From positions 930,001-994,000 of the forward strand of contig CP128818.1 of assembly GCA_051546255.1 (NCBI GenBank): a stretch of 64,000 nt of DNA, written 5' to 3'. The first letter of the stretch is position 1. Each line of letters begins with the position of its first letter. The notes below the pieces were generated by a model. That model did not search any database and was not told the origin of the DNA. It saw nothing but the letters and a program-made list of their open reading frames with translations. The stretch is from Meyerozyma guilliermondii. Taxonomy: Eukaryota. The position numbers and the translations under genes are program-made. Below are positions 20,315 to 31,680 of the stretch, one piece after another.

Positions 20315-21855
20315 ATGTACATGAAGTGGGCCATTGGCGCTGCTGCCATTGCGGGTGTAGCTTTGGCTGATTCATCCAATAGTAAGTATTTTTCACTGAT
20401 GATTCCGAATAATTCCGGGGATTCTGCTTGACCAATACGCTTTGAGCAATACGAATTGACGGCATTCCCGAAGCCTGACGACGTTTTGAGTTGGAATCCC
20501 GAGGGACCCTTGCGTTCCTCGAGAAACTATGTCGTTTTGCAAGATTTTGCAAAATTACACTTCTCGTCTAATTGGCTTTGGCTTTGGCTTTTGAATTCTT
20601 CTTTTGCCTTTTTTTCTTCTTGACTTCTACTAACCCAGATTCAACCTTGACCACTGCCACTCCATCCGTTGGCAAGTCTTGTTCCTTCAAGGACTTTACT
20701 GCTACCAAGTCTGCCGACGTGCAGTCTGTCGCTGCATGTGCCACTGCCGTTGGTGACATCACCATCGAAGGTGACTCTTTCGGCACCATCGAATTGACCG
20801 GTCTCGAACAACTTTACGGTTCTCTTCAGGTGAACAATGCTACTCAAGCCACCAGCTTGAACGCTCCTACCTTGCAATTGGTTTCTGGTCAATTGGCGTT
20901 GTCCGGTAACACCATCTTGTCTACCTTGAACTTGGCTCAATTGACCACTGTGGGAACCTTGCACTTCAACGCTTTGCCAGCTTTGGAAAAAACCGGTTTG
21001 TCTGCTGGTATCACTTCTGCTGACGAGGTGATTATTTCCGACACTGGTTTGACTTCATTGGACGGAATCAATGTGTTCAAGTTGCAAACTTTCGACGTTA
21101 ACAACAACAAGGATATCGAGACCATTGACTCTGGTTTGCAATCTGTCACTGAACTCTTGTCCATTGCTTACAACTCTGAAAAGGTGGACGTTGCTTTGGA
21201 CGAATTGACTTCTGCCAACACCGTTTCGTTCCAGTCCATCAACTCTTTGTCTGTTGCCAACTTGACCAAGATCGGCGACTCTTTGTCGTTCGACTCCAAC
21301 TCGTTGGACAAGATCGAGTTCAAGCAATTGAGCTCGATCGGCAAGTCTTTGACCATTCAAAAGAACGACAACTTGGAGGAAATTGACTTCCCCAAGTTGA
21401 AGTCGATTGGTGGTGCTTTGGTGATCCAACTGAACGACGAATTGAAATCTTTTGATGGCTTGCCAAAGTTGGAAACCATCGGCGGTTCCGTCAACCTCAA
21501 GGGTAAGTTTGACAATGGTACTTTCGAGTCTTTGCAAAGAGTTGCTGGTGGTTTCAACTTGGACTCCACTGGAGACTTGACTTGTCTGGAATTCAACAAG
21601 TTGAACAAGGACGGAGACATCAAGGGTGACAAGTTTGTGTGTAAGGCTGCTGACGAGTCGTCATCTTCTTCGTCTTCAAAGAAGGGCAACTCCAACGGTA
21701 CTGCCACCAGCGATGACTCTTCTTCTGAGACCAGCAGCTCCGGTGGTTCTGGTTCTTCTTCTTCGAGCTCCAAGAAGAGTGATGCCAACTCTGCTGGTCT
21801 TAACTTGGCTTCCATTCTTGCCGGCTTCGTTGCCCTTGGTGCCACCTTATTTTAA
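20315..21855 (+). CDS. ECM33: GPI-anchored cell wall protein, Ecm33/Pst1 family; exons 20315-20381 and 20639-21855
   Basis: Exon 1 encodes the signal peptide MYMKWAIGAAAIAGVALA. Receptor L-domain repeats, Ser-rich tail, hydrophobic GPI signal. The splice restores frame. Confidence 0.9.
20382..20638 (+). other. Spliceosomal intron in ECM33 (257 nt)
   Basis: GTAAGT at 20382; TACTAAC 20628-20634; CAG 20636-20638. Confidence 0.92.
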
Positions 21856-22316
21856 AATGCCTAGTTGGTGAACTAATAATCTGTGTGGTAGACACTGTCA
21901 TCTAATACGGACCATCGGGCCTTATTACTTCTTATTCGTGTTTTTCTTCGGTAAATATACTGCGTTAACAAAGCTTGTAGAGCTTAATTACAGTAGTTAC
22001 AGCTTTAATATGGAATTGAAAATGGGTGCAAATTGGTCTTGTTAAATGCATTTTTCGTTGCGCGAAATTTCAATTTCATTTGCAACATCAATTGTAACTT
22101 CGTTAGCTTTTAGTTCACAATTCGTCTTCGTGTTCATTATTTTTTACTCATCTTGGCACGAACCTAAAATTAACGTTTTCTGAAACTAGCTGGTTTCCTC
22201 CATGCACCTCGACGCCAAAACGGCCAACTCTGGGCGATATCACGTGATCTAATTCCACCTGTTTTTCGTGATGCGGAATTTACTTATAATCATCATCCCA
22301 CATCAACCTAACTAAA

Positions 22317-23354
22317 ATGAAAATTAGTTTGGCCCTTTTGAGTGTGTTGCTTGTACCCAGCATACACGCAAAGTACGTTGTTGATATAGAGGCTTTAGCT
22401 GCTGCTGTCAAGGCTGAGGAACATAAACGAGACGAAGCGAGGGAAGCCGGATTCGTTGCTAAAAGGGAAGAAGCACCCACCACCACCGAAACAGCCATCC
22501 TTTACAAGAAAGAAGAATCTCACCCTACCACCACCGAAACAGCTATTCTTTACAAGAAAGAAGAATCTTACCCTACCACCTTGTTGATCCAGAAGAGAGA
22601 ACCAAAGAATGTTTTCTCTTTCAAAGACATGGAAATGCTTGGCGATTTTCCCGATACGCTCAAGAATGCCAAGTCCAAACGTGAACCCAAGAATGTTGTG
22701 TCTTTGCAAGAACTCAGTGAAGACATTCACGACGAAATGATCTCCAAACGTGAAGCTAAGAATGTTGTTTCTTTGCAAGAGCTCAGTGAAGATATTCATG
22801 CCGAAGTGATCTCTAAGCGTGAGCAGCAAGTTCTCGCTGATGAGAACTCCAGTCTTTTGCAATCTGTGCTTCCACAAATGTCTGAAATCTCGATTTTTGC
22901 TGGCTATATTCGTGACGACCCAAAAATTGAGAGCAAGACGTCATCTTCTGACGAATCCATGGTGATCATTGCTCCAAGCGACAATGCCATCATGACCAAG
23001 TTGGACGGAAAAAAGCCATGGGAGTTCCCCACCGCATTGACGGGAGATGAGAGAAAGGACGATGGTATAATACAAGGCAACTTGCAACACTTTTTGAAGA
23101 GTCACATTGTTTCCAACTTTGAGAAGCAGCTTTCTTCTGAGGAGAGTGACGAGGTTGTGATTGTCACCAAGCTCCTTAGTGGGGACAAAATCAAGATCAA
23201 GCAATCGTCTTTGGGTAACTTCTTTGTGGCCGAGATGGACGGCGAGTGGATACTGGTTGATTCCGTGAAGCACGTAGATAACGGATTTGTATTCGTTATT
23301 GATGAGATCTTGTTTGCGCCCCAGTCAATCTTTTATCGAGTTCGTTTGACATGA
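22317..23354 (+). CDS. Secreted FAS1 (fasciclin)-domain protein with N-terminal KR/KK-delimited repeats
   Basis: Signal peptide; repeated KR-EA/EP units; FAS1-like motifs ISIFAGYIR, IIAPSDNAI, FLKSHIV, NGFVFVIDEIL. Resembles the yeast YDR262W-type family. Confidence 0.8.
   Translation: MKISLALLSVLLVPSIHAKYVVDIEALAAAVKAEEHKRDEAREAGFVAKREEAPTTTETAILYKKEESHPTTTETAILYKKEESYPTTLLIQKREPKNVFSFKDMEMLGDFPDTLKNAKSKREPKNVVSLQELSEDIHDEMISKREAKNVVSLQELSEDIHAEVISKREQQVLADENSSLLQSVLPQMSEISIFAGYIRDDPKIESKTSSSDESMVIIAPSDNAIMTKLDGKKPWEFPTALTGDERKDDGIIQGNLQHFLKSHIVSNFEKQLSSEESDEVVIVTKLLSGDKIKIKQSSLGNFFVAEMDGEWILVDSVKHVDNGFVFVIDEILFAPQSIFYRVRLT
22431..22820 (+). repeat. Coding tandem repeats: about 48-nt PTTTETAILYKKEES units and 69-nt KREPKNVVSLQELSEDIH units
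   Basis: Near-identical DNA repeats visible at 22476-22580 and 22677-22820. Confidence 0.9.
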
Positions 23355-23541
23355 TTCACGTTAACCTAGTTTATTTCTACACGAGTCGAGACACTCGGTT
23401 TAATTCTTCTCGGGTTGTTTGCTATATCGATACACAACTTATGCAATTGATACTAAATGAAATTTTTACTCAATATCTCAAGGCAATTAATCAATTACAT
23501 CTTTTTCTCACTACTCTTCCATTCTCAACTTTTATTCAATC

Positions 23542-25459
23542 CTAGTCTAGTATCGTCACTCCGGTTTCCTCCTTGTGCTCATTGTTCACTCTGTATTCCA
23601 CTTTCCACTTCACCCTTAACTGCTTACTCATGGGATTCTCGATGGAGAATTCTTGCAGAACACTGTGGGTTGTAAATGGATAGATAACGTCACCGGTTTG
23701 AGGTTGCAACGTCAACTTGCAAGATTTTGGAACCGCAACGAGAAACTTGAAATTGGTGATTGCAGCCGCTTGGGGATTGCTGAAGAGAAATTTTCCCGAG
23801 TGAGTGGTACCATTTACGGCCATCTGGACCTCACTTTTGAGAGTAGGAGAGACATGCAACTGCTTCAATTGAGACGACTGCGAATTGGCAAACGACAATG
23901 AAGAAGTGTCAAAATTGAAAGGATCCAATTTTGCGCTGGTATTGGATTGGAGCTGGGGAGAAGGCGAGTTCAAATCCGAAAGCAAATCGAAGTTTGAAAC
24001 AGGGGTGGGGTGCTGGATAGAGTTCAGTTGCAGTGGTGGAGTTGGCTGCGAATTCATGCCCAAAGTGATGGAGCCCCCGGTACCAAAAATATTTTGAGAG
24101 TTGCCAGTATCGGTGAATGCCAAGTTGGATAAGTCGCTGAGGAGGTCCTGGTACCCCTGGTTATCTTTTCCAGTCTGGTCGTTGCTGATAGGAGCATCGT
24201 CGTCAAAATCAATCAAATTGAGGTCGTTGGACCCGGTGCTCACTCCAGAGACCTTGATCTTGGATGCCTCGTCGGTTTTCCCGCCTTTCAAAAGCTGGAA
24301 TTTGTTCACCAAAGAATTGATAACGTCGTTTAATTGAAGAAGTTCTTGGACATATTCTTCGTCACCATTACCCTCTTCAATAATCTTGGTGACAATTGGC
24401 TGCGAACTTTTCACCGACCCATACAAATCCGAAAGAGTTTCGTCAGAACTGTCGATGTTTCCTCCATTGACCTCCATAGTATTCATCATTTCTGCCAAAA
24501 TTTCCGTCTTGCGCTTCAAGCGGGCAACATCATTCGTCACTTGTTTCTTGTTGGCTTCGACATTGTCTTCCTTGAACCCAGCCATAATTTTCATAAGTTT
24601 ATTTGCTTCCTGCAAATCCTGGGGTCTTCCCCGACGAATGAACTCCTGGAGTTTGGCGCTATTGACAACCGACTCCTCATTTTGAAGCTCTTCCAACGAC
24701 TTGAGATTGTCGGATGGATTCAAGACTGCAGCATCGTCAAGGTTCAATTCTGGAAACACATACCCTTTGTTGGCGAGCAATCGGTGCATGTCTCGGATGT
24801 AGCCAAAGTCACTTCTATATTTCGAGGTGCAGCAAATTGTCTGGTACCATTCTTCAATTTGTGCCAAGATCATTCGTTGCACTCGAGTATACCGAAGCGG
24901 AGGACGCTCTGGAAACCGACGTACCAATTCGTTCAAAAATTCCTTGCGAGAGATCTGAAGCTGGAACGGATAACCGCAATTTTTCACCAAGTTATCAAGC
25001 AAAGCAAGTGCCAACTCGGACGTTTGTGGATCCTTTTGACTGATGAGCTTCACAACAGCAATTGCCGCTTCTCGTGGAGTAGAGCCTTGCTTGGCATTGA
25101 CATAGTCACAAATCTCGAGGTTAAGAGCAAGATTGGGTTCGTTAAGAGTGGGTCTGCAAGCCCGGTCTGAGTTAGTAGGGAGCAAGAAGTCATTGGAGGG
25201 CGACCGAAAGCGATTGGGCATGATTCGTAAATCCACGTCAAGTATGCATGTATCTATCAAGACGCATCCGATGCATGCGTCTTCCCATGGGATTTGTTCT
25301 GCTGGCAACTTGGAAATCCGAGGGGTGACGGTGATGCATGGAGCATTGCATGGCATTACCCTAAAGTCTATTGGTCGATTTCCTTCCTTAATACTTACAG
25401 ATCCGCCGCAACAACTTGGGATTGATCTTTGAAAGCGATAACGACCCGCTGGACGACAT
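23542..25459 (-). CDS. GGA2: GGA clathrin adaptor (VHS-GAT-GAE); exons 25459-25399 and 25166-23542
   Basis: Spliced N-terminus ...NPKLLRRIYRACRPTLNEPNLALNLEIC; VKNCGYPFQLQISRKEFLNELV; LIDFD clathrin box; GAE ear VAVPKS. The track's 5' extension is intron sequence. Confidence 0.92.
25167..25398 (-). other. Spliceosomal intron in GGA2 (232 nt)
   Basis: Minus strand GTAAGT at 25398, TACTAAC 25177-25171, TCAG ending 25167. Confidence 0.9.
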
Positions 25460-25615
25460 ATTTATTTTTCTCCGTAAACGATACCTGCTTCTCCAGGTCG
25501 AACCGGGGGTTTGGCGGAATCCGCTCGTATGCACATCCAGTACACCGCGCCGGTATCTCGGACGCTAGTTTCGGGGTCAACTAGCTGCTGCTTCAAATCT
25601 TGCAGCCGTGCCAAT

Positions 25616-25936
25616 ATGGAAGGAGATGATCCGCTCGAGATCAAGAAGCTTGCGGTTTCCTTTGATTACTTGATGTTCAAGATTAAGGATCGCGTGAGCA
25701 CGCTTTGCGAAACTACCTATGAAGCTGTGAGTGCTAAAAATAAATGGATCAATGCCGATTACCTCGACAAGCAATTGAACATTTCCGGTCAAATGGAGGA
25801 GATAGACGGCATCTTGCGTGCATGCGATGCAGTAGAGAACCAATTCATGCGTTTGGAACAGTTGGAAATGTTTGTAGAAGACTTTAATCGGCGGCTTGCC
25901 AATATTGAGGCGATGGTAAAAAGTGAAGGGAGGTAG
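25616..25936 (+). CDS. CNL1: BLOC-1 subunit Cnl1
   Basis: DPLEIKKLAVSFDYLMFKIKD motif and coiled coil. Divergent from GGA, as for CNL1/GGA1 in S. cerevisiae. Confidence 0.78.
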   Translation: MEGDDPLEIKKLAVSFDYLMFKIKDRVSTLCETTYEAVSAKNKWINADYLDKQLNISGQMEEIDGILRACDAVENQFMRLEQLEMFVEDFNRRLANIEAMVKSEGR

Positions 25937-26085
25937 GAACAGAATGAGATGAAATAGGACAGATGAATTACCGGAAGTGAGTTACCGAAATGAAGTCAGT
26001 GAAAATGAAGAAAGTGAAAATGAAGAAAGTAACATAAAAGAGATGATGAAGAAGAGGATGAAGCTGAAGAATGACCTTTTATCTC

Positions 26086-26792
26086 CTATACAGTAACATG
26101 CGCCGGCGAAGGTTTATTCTTGTCCATGCGTGCTTGAGCCTGCGCTTGAGCATTAGCTTTTATTGTCTCTTCGGCTTGCGTTCGAGGGTCTGTTGGTCCC
26201 GTCTTTCCCATGGCTTCTTTTCCGTATTTTTCCACCAAATACTTTTCCAACAAAATGAAATTGCGTGAGTTACACTTGTACAAGATATTGACGAAATCTC
26301 CGACCAAAGGAATCAATCCAATTCCAAAGTCAAACGCAACGTTCATCATCATTCGACTATGAAGATCAGCCGGAAGTCCGCCGTCGATACTATTCGCTTT
26401 TTTCACCAACATTACCGCAAAGCAGCAAGCAATGATGTCGCCTACCCAAGGAAGAAGGCCAATTACTCCAGCCCAGCCGAGTCGAAGTCCGCAAAGACTC
26501 AACTGAAGATCCAAACGGTAAGCTTTACGTTTGACGGAATTCAAGATTTTGAGATCTTTCTTGGGGATAAAGTCGGGCATGCGTTTCTTTCTACGTGCTC
26601 CTTTTCTCTGGTAAAAATGCAATTCATCGGGTGGAACTTCTTCAAAATAAGGGTCCTCAGTAGGACCCATACTTGCAAGATGGTCTAGAGCTGTCTAAAG
26701 TTAGTTGTGGTTTTATATGTTGCCGAGAAAGCGACAGAGCACTTGTCTGTACTTACCTTTTTGAGAAAGTACTTGTAGAGGATGTTGGACAT
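26086..26792 (-). CDS. DUF4112-type membrane protein; exons 26792-26757 and 26694-26086
   Basis: RLD...CGLRLGW.GVIGLLPWVGD...MMMNVAFDFGIGLIPLVGDF..YKCNSRN. 62-nt intron 26695-26756 (GTAAGT, AACTAAC, TTTAG) keeps frame. Confidence 0.82.
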
Positions 26793-27535
26793 GGTAGCAA
26801 AAGAAGACGAAAGGCTGAGCAACTGTCTGAGGCTGCAAGTGACGAATGTGTATGCAGTACTCGGTTCGGTGCATGAATCTGCAGCGATGGAGGTGGTACG
26901 TAGATTAGCTGAAAGTACTTGGATTAGTTAGAAGTTTGTTGTTCAATCCCAGCTTTTTGATAGTAGATATTTTTTGTATTCGTCGCTAATTCGAGTTTTG
27001 GAGACTTTGAGTGAGATTTTTGGGAAATTAAATCTGTTTTAGTTCAGTTGCAGCCGTTGAGATTTTCGGTGAGATGATGGAGTAAAGCGACGAAAGTTTA
27101 CAAAGATAAGCGAGGCTCTATATATAGTAATTGAGGTCACTGAAGCTTTATGAATGTTTCTCGATTGGTAATTTCTAATAGAATAATGGTTTGAATGCAA
27201 TCGAAAAGTTACACTGCAGTGGTCTCTCACTTAATGACATAAACCACATCTACAACATTACTCTCTTCTAACATACATGTATAGGTCAGTCACTAATGGT
27301 TGAAGACTTGACTTGAAAAGACTGTGAGAAGAATCTAGTGATCACAAGTCTTTAATTCACAGCGATCGTGATTTCAGTCCGAACCATGTTCCATCAGATT
27401 CAGCATTGCTCACTATGGAAATATGAATACCTATTATTGGCGTAGACGGTATGCTCGTTCAGCACCAAGCTGCCAAAGTAATTCCTTGTGCATTTGGGAT
27501 TCTTGGTCTGCTTATTCTGCTTATTCTGCTTGTTC

Positions 27536-28477
27536 TCAATTCGCATTTTCACGTTCCGGCTCAGGCAACTTCTTTTGTTTGCGTCTCAATTCCCGCAAAT
27601 CAGGAGGTTGTTCTATGCCCATATCGCGGCGAAACTCGTTGATGTCTTGCTCCAAGATTTTTTCCCAGTACACATTGATCAATGGCTTAGAATTGAGTCC
27701 TGATTTGAATGCCCATGGATAGTAAATTCCATAGAGTCTCTCGCGCTGTTTGGGACGAAGACGAAGAGGCGCAAAGAGACCTCCGAGACCCAGCATGGGG
27801 ATACCGATGTTAGTGAATTCAAGGACTTTTACGGCGATTTCGCCTTCTATTATAATAGGAAGCCCAGTTATAGCATGGTAGAAATCATGGCACTCTCTGT
27901 ACCGTTGGTAAATGTAAGCAAGCTCTTCATCGTCAATGTAACGAACGGGGACTCTGGTGTCGGGACTCACTCCCTCGCGATCGAGCCACTGGATATAAGC
28001 ACTTCCAATTGTGTTTTTTGGAAGCAGACGAAGGTAGTCCAAATCAAGAGATTCGGAAGTGATTCTTGGTCTTTCTCTCAAAATTTGTCGACCAACGGGG
28101 TCCGACAACATCTGGCGCTGGAGACGTCGCAAGACGGGTGTAAAAGCCGTGGACTCTCCGAGGCCAACAATAAATTCGTTTCGTTCCGGGTGCAAATATG
28201 ACCCTATAGATGAGCCAGCCATCATTAGAAGCTTTTCGAATGCATTCAACGGCACGTGGCCAGGGTAGTTGGGCTTGGACCGAGACTTGTAGGGCTTGTC
28301 GACGTTGAACGTTGAATTGACATCTTTGTAGTGAAGTTTTCCACTTTCCATTTTATCTGCCAAGCGGTTATCCTTGGAAAAAATTATCGAGGTCAACGCT
28401 ACAAGTGCAGGTAGCACTATAGACCTCGAATTGGGCCGTACTAACGATTTTGGACGGCTCGAAACGATGGAGAACAT
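27536..28477 (-). CDS. COQ4: Ubiquinone biosynthesis protein Coq4
   Basis: [25 protein letters not shown] motif; YPGHVPL; start at the presequence-like MFSIVSSR. Confidence 0.93.
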   Translation of the reverse strand: MFSIVSSRPKSLVRPNSRSIVLPALVALTSIIFSKDNRLADKMESGKLHYKDVNSTFNVDKPYKSRSKPNYPGHVPLNAFEKLLMMAGSSIGSYLHPERNEFIVGLGESTAFTPVLRRLQRQMLSDPVGRQILRERPRITSESLDLDYLRLLPKNTIGSAYIQWLDREGVSPDTRVPVRYIDDEELAYIYQRYRECHDFYHAITGLPIIIEGEIAVKVLEFTNIGIPMLGLGGLFAPLRLRPKQRERLYGIYYPWAFKSGLNSKPLINVYWEKILEQDINEFRRDMGIEQPPDLRELRRKQKKLPEPERENAN

Positions 28478-28553
28478 GGAATCGTACCATGAATTTGGCC
28501 AAAATTGCGATGGACAGACGGCCTGGTGTCTGGGTGGGCAGATATGGAGGCTA

Positions 28554-29822
28554 CTAGTGGATGGCACGTTGGAGGGCCATGCCCAAGAGCAAAGCGACTA
28601 TGGCGAACGTGACGTTCACAGAAGCTTGCAGTTTGCGGTGGGTTTCCACTAGAGTTTTTTCTTCGAGAGAAGAGTTATTTTCGTGGGTCTGCGATGCTAG
28701 GATGCTCTGGATGTTGACGTCGTTCAAGTTTTCAGCGTCTGGATCGGGGTCTGATTCCGGGGTTAGCTCTCGAACCAAGTCCAGCTTGTCGGCGGAAGCG
28801 GGGGTTGATTTTAGATCGACTATATCGTGTTCCAACTGGCGGATTTTGGCTTCTTTTTCATCGCGGTAAAGCTCGAATTCACCAATCAAGTTTTCGTACA
28901 ATTGCTGTTCCCGGACCCGTTCTTTCTGGGCTTTTTGTTCCGCGCGCTTGAGCTTGTCGGACACAACCAGTGCTACCTCCTTGGCCACCTTGTACTCAAC
29001 CTGCTTGGCCGTAATGATATCGACGTTTTCCTTGTACTTGGTGAGAAACTGCTCCACAGAAAGGAGTGTGTTGTTGTGCTGTTTGAGTGTAGCCACCGCG
29101 ACAGCAAGCGTCCTCGCGGCTGCCAGCACCGCCGGAGCCGTCACTAGGTTGGAATTCTTGTACATGCCGACATTTTCAGTGCCAATTTTGGCGGCTCCTT
29201 CCACCATTCCCATGTCTGCGAAGAGCGGCAGATCCACAGAAACCGCCTCCAGCGGCTCCTTTCCACGAAGTTTATCGAGCACATTCTGCACGTAGTTATA
29301 CTGACCCACTTCCGGAACACTGGAGCTCAAAAAGTTGGACATCACAGAAATGTTGTCCACACGAGCACTAATTTGTTTGTGATTTGTGTCCGCTTGGATG
29401 TTAAAACCAAGGTAGATGCTGTCCCCGATATGAATCTCCACGGGCTCGCTTCCTATCCGCTCATCATTAACATAAGTGCCGTTGGACAGCCCCAAATCCT
29501 TGAGCATCAACTTGCCGGTAGCATCCATGTACATAGCCGCATGGCTTCGACTCAAAACCCGCAGATCAAAGTACCCGTTGGTGGAGTCCGGCTTTATCTT
29601 CGCACCAGCGGGCCGGCCGAGCTTGCGCGTCTCGGGATAATACGGAACCAGAAGATGTTTCTTGACGAAGGTGTCATTCAACGAGGACAAAGTGACAAAA
29701 TATACAGCCGGATTTCGTTTTGGCGCCTCTACAACGACCAGGTGGTGCGACTGTGAGTCGGAGCGCGGTCTCAGCCGCTTGCGGGGCTCCAGAACGTCAA
29801 GCTGAAGCGCTATATCAGACAT
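28554..29822 (-). CDS. VPS64: FHA-domain, coiled-coil, tail-anchored protein (Vps64/Far9/Far10 family, STRIPAK/Far complex)
   Basis: KLGRP...NGYFD(S)RVLSRSHA...DLG(S)SNGTYVN; C-terminal TM helix. Confidence 0.78.
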   Translation of the reverse strand: MSDIALQLDVLEPRKRLRPRSDSQSHHLVVVEAPKRNPAVYFVTLSSLNDTFVKKHLLVPYYPETRKLGRPAGAKIKPDSTNGYFDLRVLSRSHAAMYMDATGKLMLKDLGLSNGTYVNDERIGSEPVEIHIGDSIYLGFNIQADTNHKQISARVDNISVMSNFLSSSVPEVGQYNYVQNVLDKLRGKEPLEAVSVDLPLFADMGMVEGAAKIGTENVGMYKNSNLVTAPAVLAAARTLAVAVATLKQHNNTLLSVEQFLTKYKENVDIITAKQVEYKVAKEVALVVSDKLKRAEQKAQKERVREQQLYENLIGEFELYRDEKEAKIRQLEHDIVDLKSTPASADKLDLVRELTPESDPDPDAENLNDVNIQSILASQTHENNSSLEEKTLVETHRKLQASVNVTFAIVALLLGMALQRAIH

Positions 29823-29951
29823 GTAGATGGTACAGCTTCAAACACCATGCAGGCCAGATCAACACCCTGGTGCACGGGTGCGCGCAGCCCCAGATTGTTT
29901 TCGATTTTGATTTCGATTTCGAAATAAACTTTGATTTGATTTCGATTTCGT

Positions 29952-30431
29952 ATGCCCCATTACAACAGCCTTGAAAGCTGTGTGAACTCGCTCAGCGCAT
30001 CGGTAGAGCTTCTAGAAGACGCGCTCCTGGCGCTAGACGAAGCCACGCATGATGTTCCCAGAATAAAAACGGTAATGACAACAAACAAGGTGTTTGGTTT
30101 GGTTCCCAGTATTGATTTGGAGAACGCCAAGCGCGATATCCACACCGAGATCAAGCCGCGGGTGCAGGCGATGGTGGAATTGGCTGGTAAAAGATTGGAG
30201 GAGGCGCGGCGAGAGCATCTGAATTTGGCTAAAAAGGCTGCATTGCAGCAAATGCGGTTGCGTGACGTTGATGGCGTAGCTGCACGAGATCGAGAACCCA
30301 TGCGGGTGTTGCATCAGGATGCAGAGAAGCTTGCGCGGTTGCGGCTCTTGCAGGATAAAAAGGACCGGTTGCGCCAAAGCTTGTCGCGGCTCCAATTGCA
30401 GGAGCGGCGGAACAGAATCGGCAGTCGGTGA
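29952..30431 (+). CDS. SPC19: DASH complex subunit Spc19
   Basis: SLESCVNSL...DVPRIKTVMTTNKVFGLVP..DL motif; divergent from VPS64 as in S. cerevisiae. Confidence 0.85.
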   Translation: MPHYNSLESCVNSLSASVELLEDALLALDEATHDVPRIKTVMTTNKVFGLVPSIDLENAKRDIHTEIKPRVQAMVELAGKRLEEARREHLNLAKKAALQQMRLRDVDGVAARDREPMRVLHQDAEKLARLRLLQDKKDRLRQSLSRLQLQERRNRIGSR

Positions 30432-30683
30432 GAGAACGAAAGGGTTGATCTACATTTTCGCATTTACAAAGATTTTCGTGTTGTCAATTATGCTGCTCCA
30501 TGCGGTTGAGCTCAATCCTTTAAGGTATAAACCTCTCCTCCAAGATGTTTCCAAACAGGTAGCTCGTGAGCACAGGTCAAGCATGGAACTTTCAGGCTCA
30601 ATTAGAGCTATTTCAGCCCAATCAGCTCAATTGAAGCTCACTGAATCTCATTTAAAGGTCGTCAATGCTTCATTCTCATTAGC

Positions 30684-31544
30684 TCATTCAAGGCTTTTTC
30701 GAAGCTCCTCTCCATTCATATGCTCTACGCTTCCAATATTCAATGCCTTGGCAAGTTGCTGAGCATATTCATTTGCAATCTGCTCCACCAGAACCTCCTT
30801 TTGTACAAGCGACTGGAGAGATACTGCTTTTTTTCCTGGAAGTCCACACATGGTGAATGTGTTCAAATACTTCATCTTGGGATTCACATTGAGACCAATG
30901 CCATACGATGTAATGGCTCGCTGAATATTACAGCCTACTGACGCAATCTTGTCATCGTGAGGCGACATCCACACTCCAGGATTCTCGTTTGTGAAAGACT
31001 CAAGACCATAATTTTTCAACAAGTCTTGAGTGGCTCGGAGAAGAACTGCATCTACGTAACATTTCACCAGCAAATTCAGAAATTGCTTTAAATCAAGAAT
31101 GGTGTATGCCACCATTTGGCCTCGGCCATGCCAGGTTATGTCTCCTCCGCGTTCTAGCTGGTGGTATGAGCACCCCATCTGTTCAAAAGCTGCGATTTTT
31201 TCAGGCAAGTCGGGATCTTGTTTGAGTTTCTTTCCACCAGTGTAAACATTTTCGAACTCAAATGTCAACACCGTGGGATGCGGCTTCATATCGAGGATTT
31301 TTCCAACAAGCGCTTTTTCATAATCCGACATTTCGTGTCCGGCGGCCGCAAGCTGTTTCTGCTGTCGCTTGATCTTGGCATCCATCAGCTTGAAATCCAA
31401 ATTGGCTCGTACGATGGTGTCTTGGATCCGCTGGCCCTCCTCGAATGTAGTTATGTTTGGAAAGTGAATGTGTCTCAATGTCTTGTAGGTATCGCTTAGC
31501 GGTGTGAACTTGGTGCAGCTGCTGTAAAATCGTCCCCACCGCAT
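30684..31544 (-). CDS. LIP2: Lipoyl(octanoyl) transferase
   Basis: VYTGG, ERGGDITWHGRGQ, PGVW, KIASVG, ITSYGIGLN, MCGL. Start chosen at MRWGR. Confidence 0.92.
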   Translation of the reverse strand: MRWGRFYSSCTKFTPLSDTYKTLRHIHFPNITTFEEGQRIQDTIVRANLDFKLMDAKIKRQQKQLAAAGHEMSDYEKALVGKILDMKPHPTVLTFEFENVYTGGKKLKQDPDLPEKIAAFEQMGCSYHQLERGGDITWHGRGQMVAYTILDLKQFLNLLVKCYVDAVLLRATQDLLKNYGLESFTNENPGVWMSPHDDKIASVGCNIQRAITSYGIGLNVNPKMKYLNTFTMCGLPGKKAVSLQSLVQKEVLVEQIANEYAQQLAKALNIGSVEHMNGEELRKSLE

Positions 31545-31680
31545 TGGAAAACTTAGTTGCAGATTGACATATTTCCACTGCAGTAAGTAAGCAGGTGCAC
31601 TGCAGCGCGCGTCCATGCAGGCGATGTCCGTCAGGTGCATACCCCAGATACCGTTTGTTTGTTTTACCTATCCCACACCA

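Noticed and set aside
20572..20638. Hydrophobic N-terminus MALALAFEFFFCLFFF of the track ORF as a signal peptide
   Set aside because: It is intron pyrimidine tract and branch point with a TTG start; the real signal peptide is exon 1 at 20315.
24334..25170. 278-aa plus-strand ORF
   Set aside because: Antisense shadow of GGA2 with no recognisable motifs.
25995..26070. GTGAAAATGAAGAAA tandem and GAA-rich tract
   Set aside because: Low-complexity 3'-UTR repeat between convergent genes; no spacers, so not CRISPR-like.
27506..27535. (TCTGCTTAT)n 9-mer repeat after the COQ4 stop
   Set aside because: Short simple repeat with no evidence of function.
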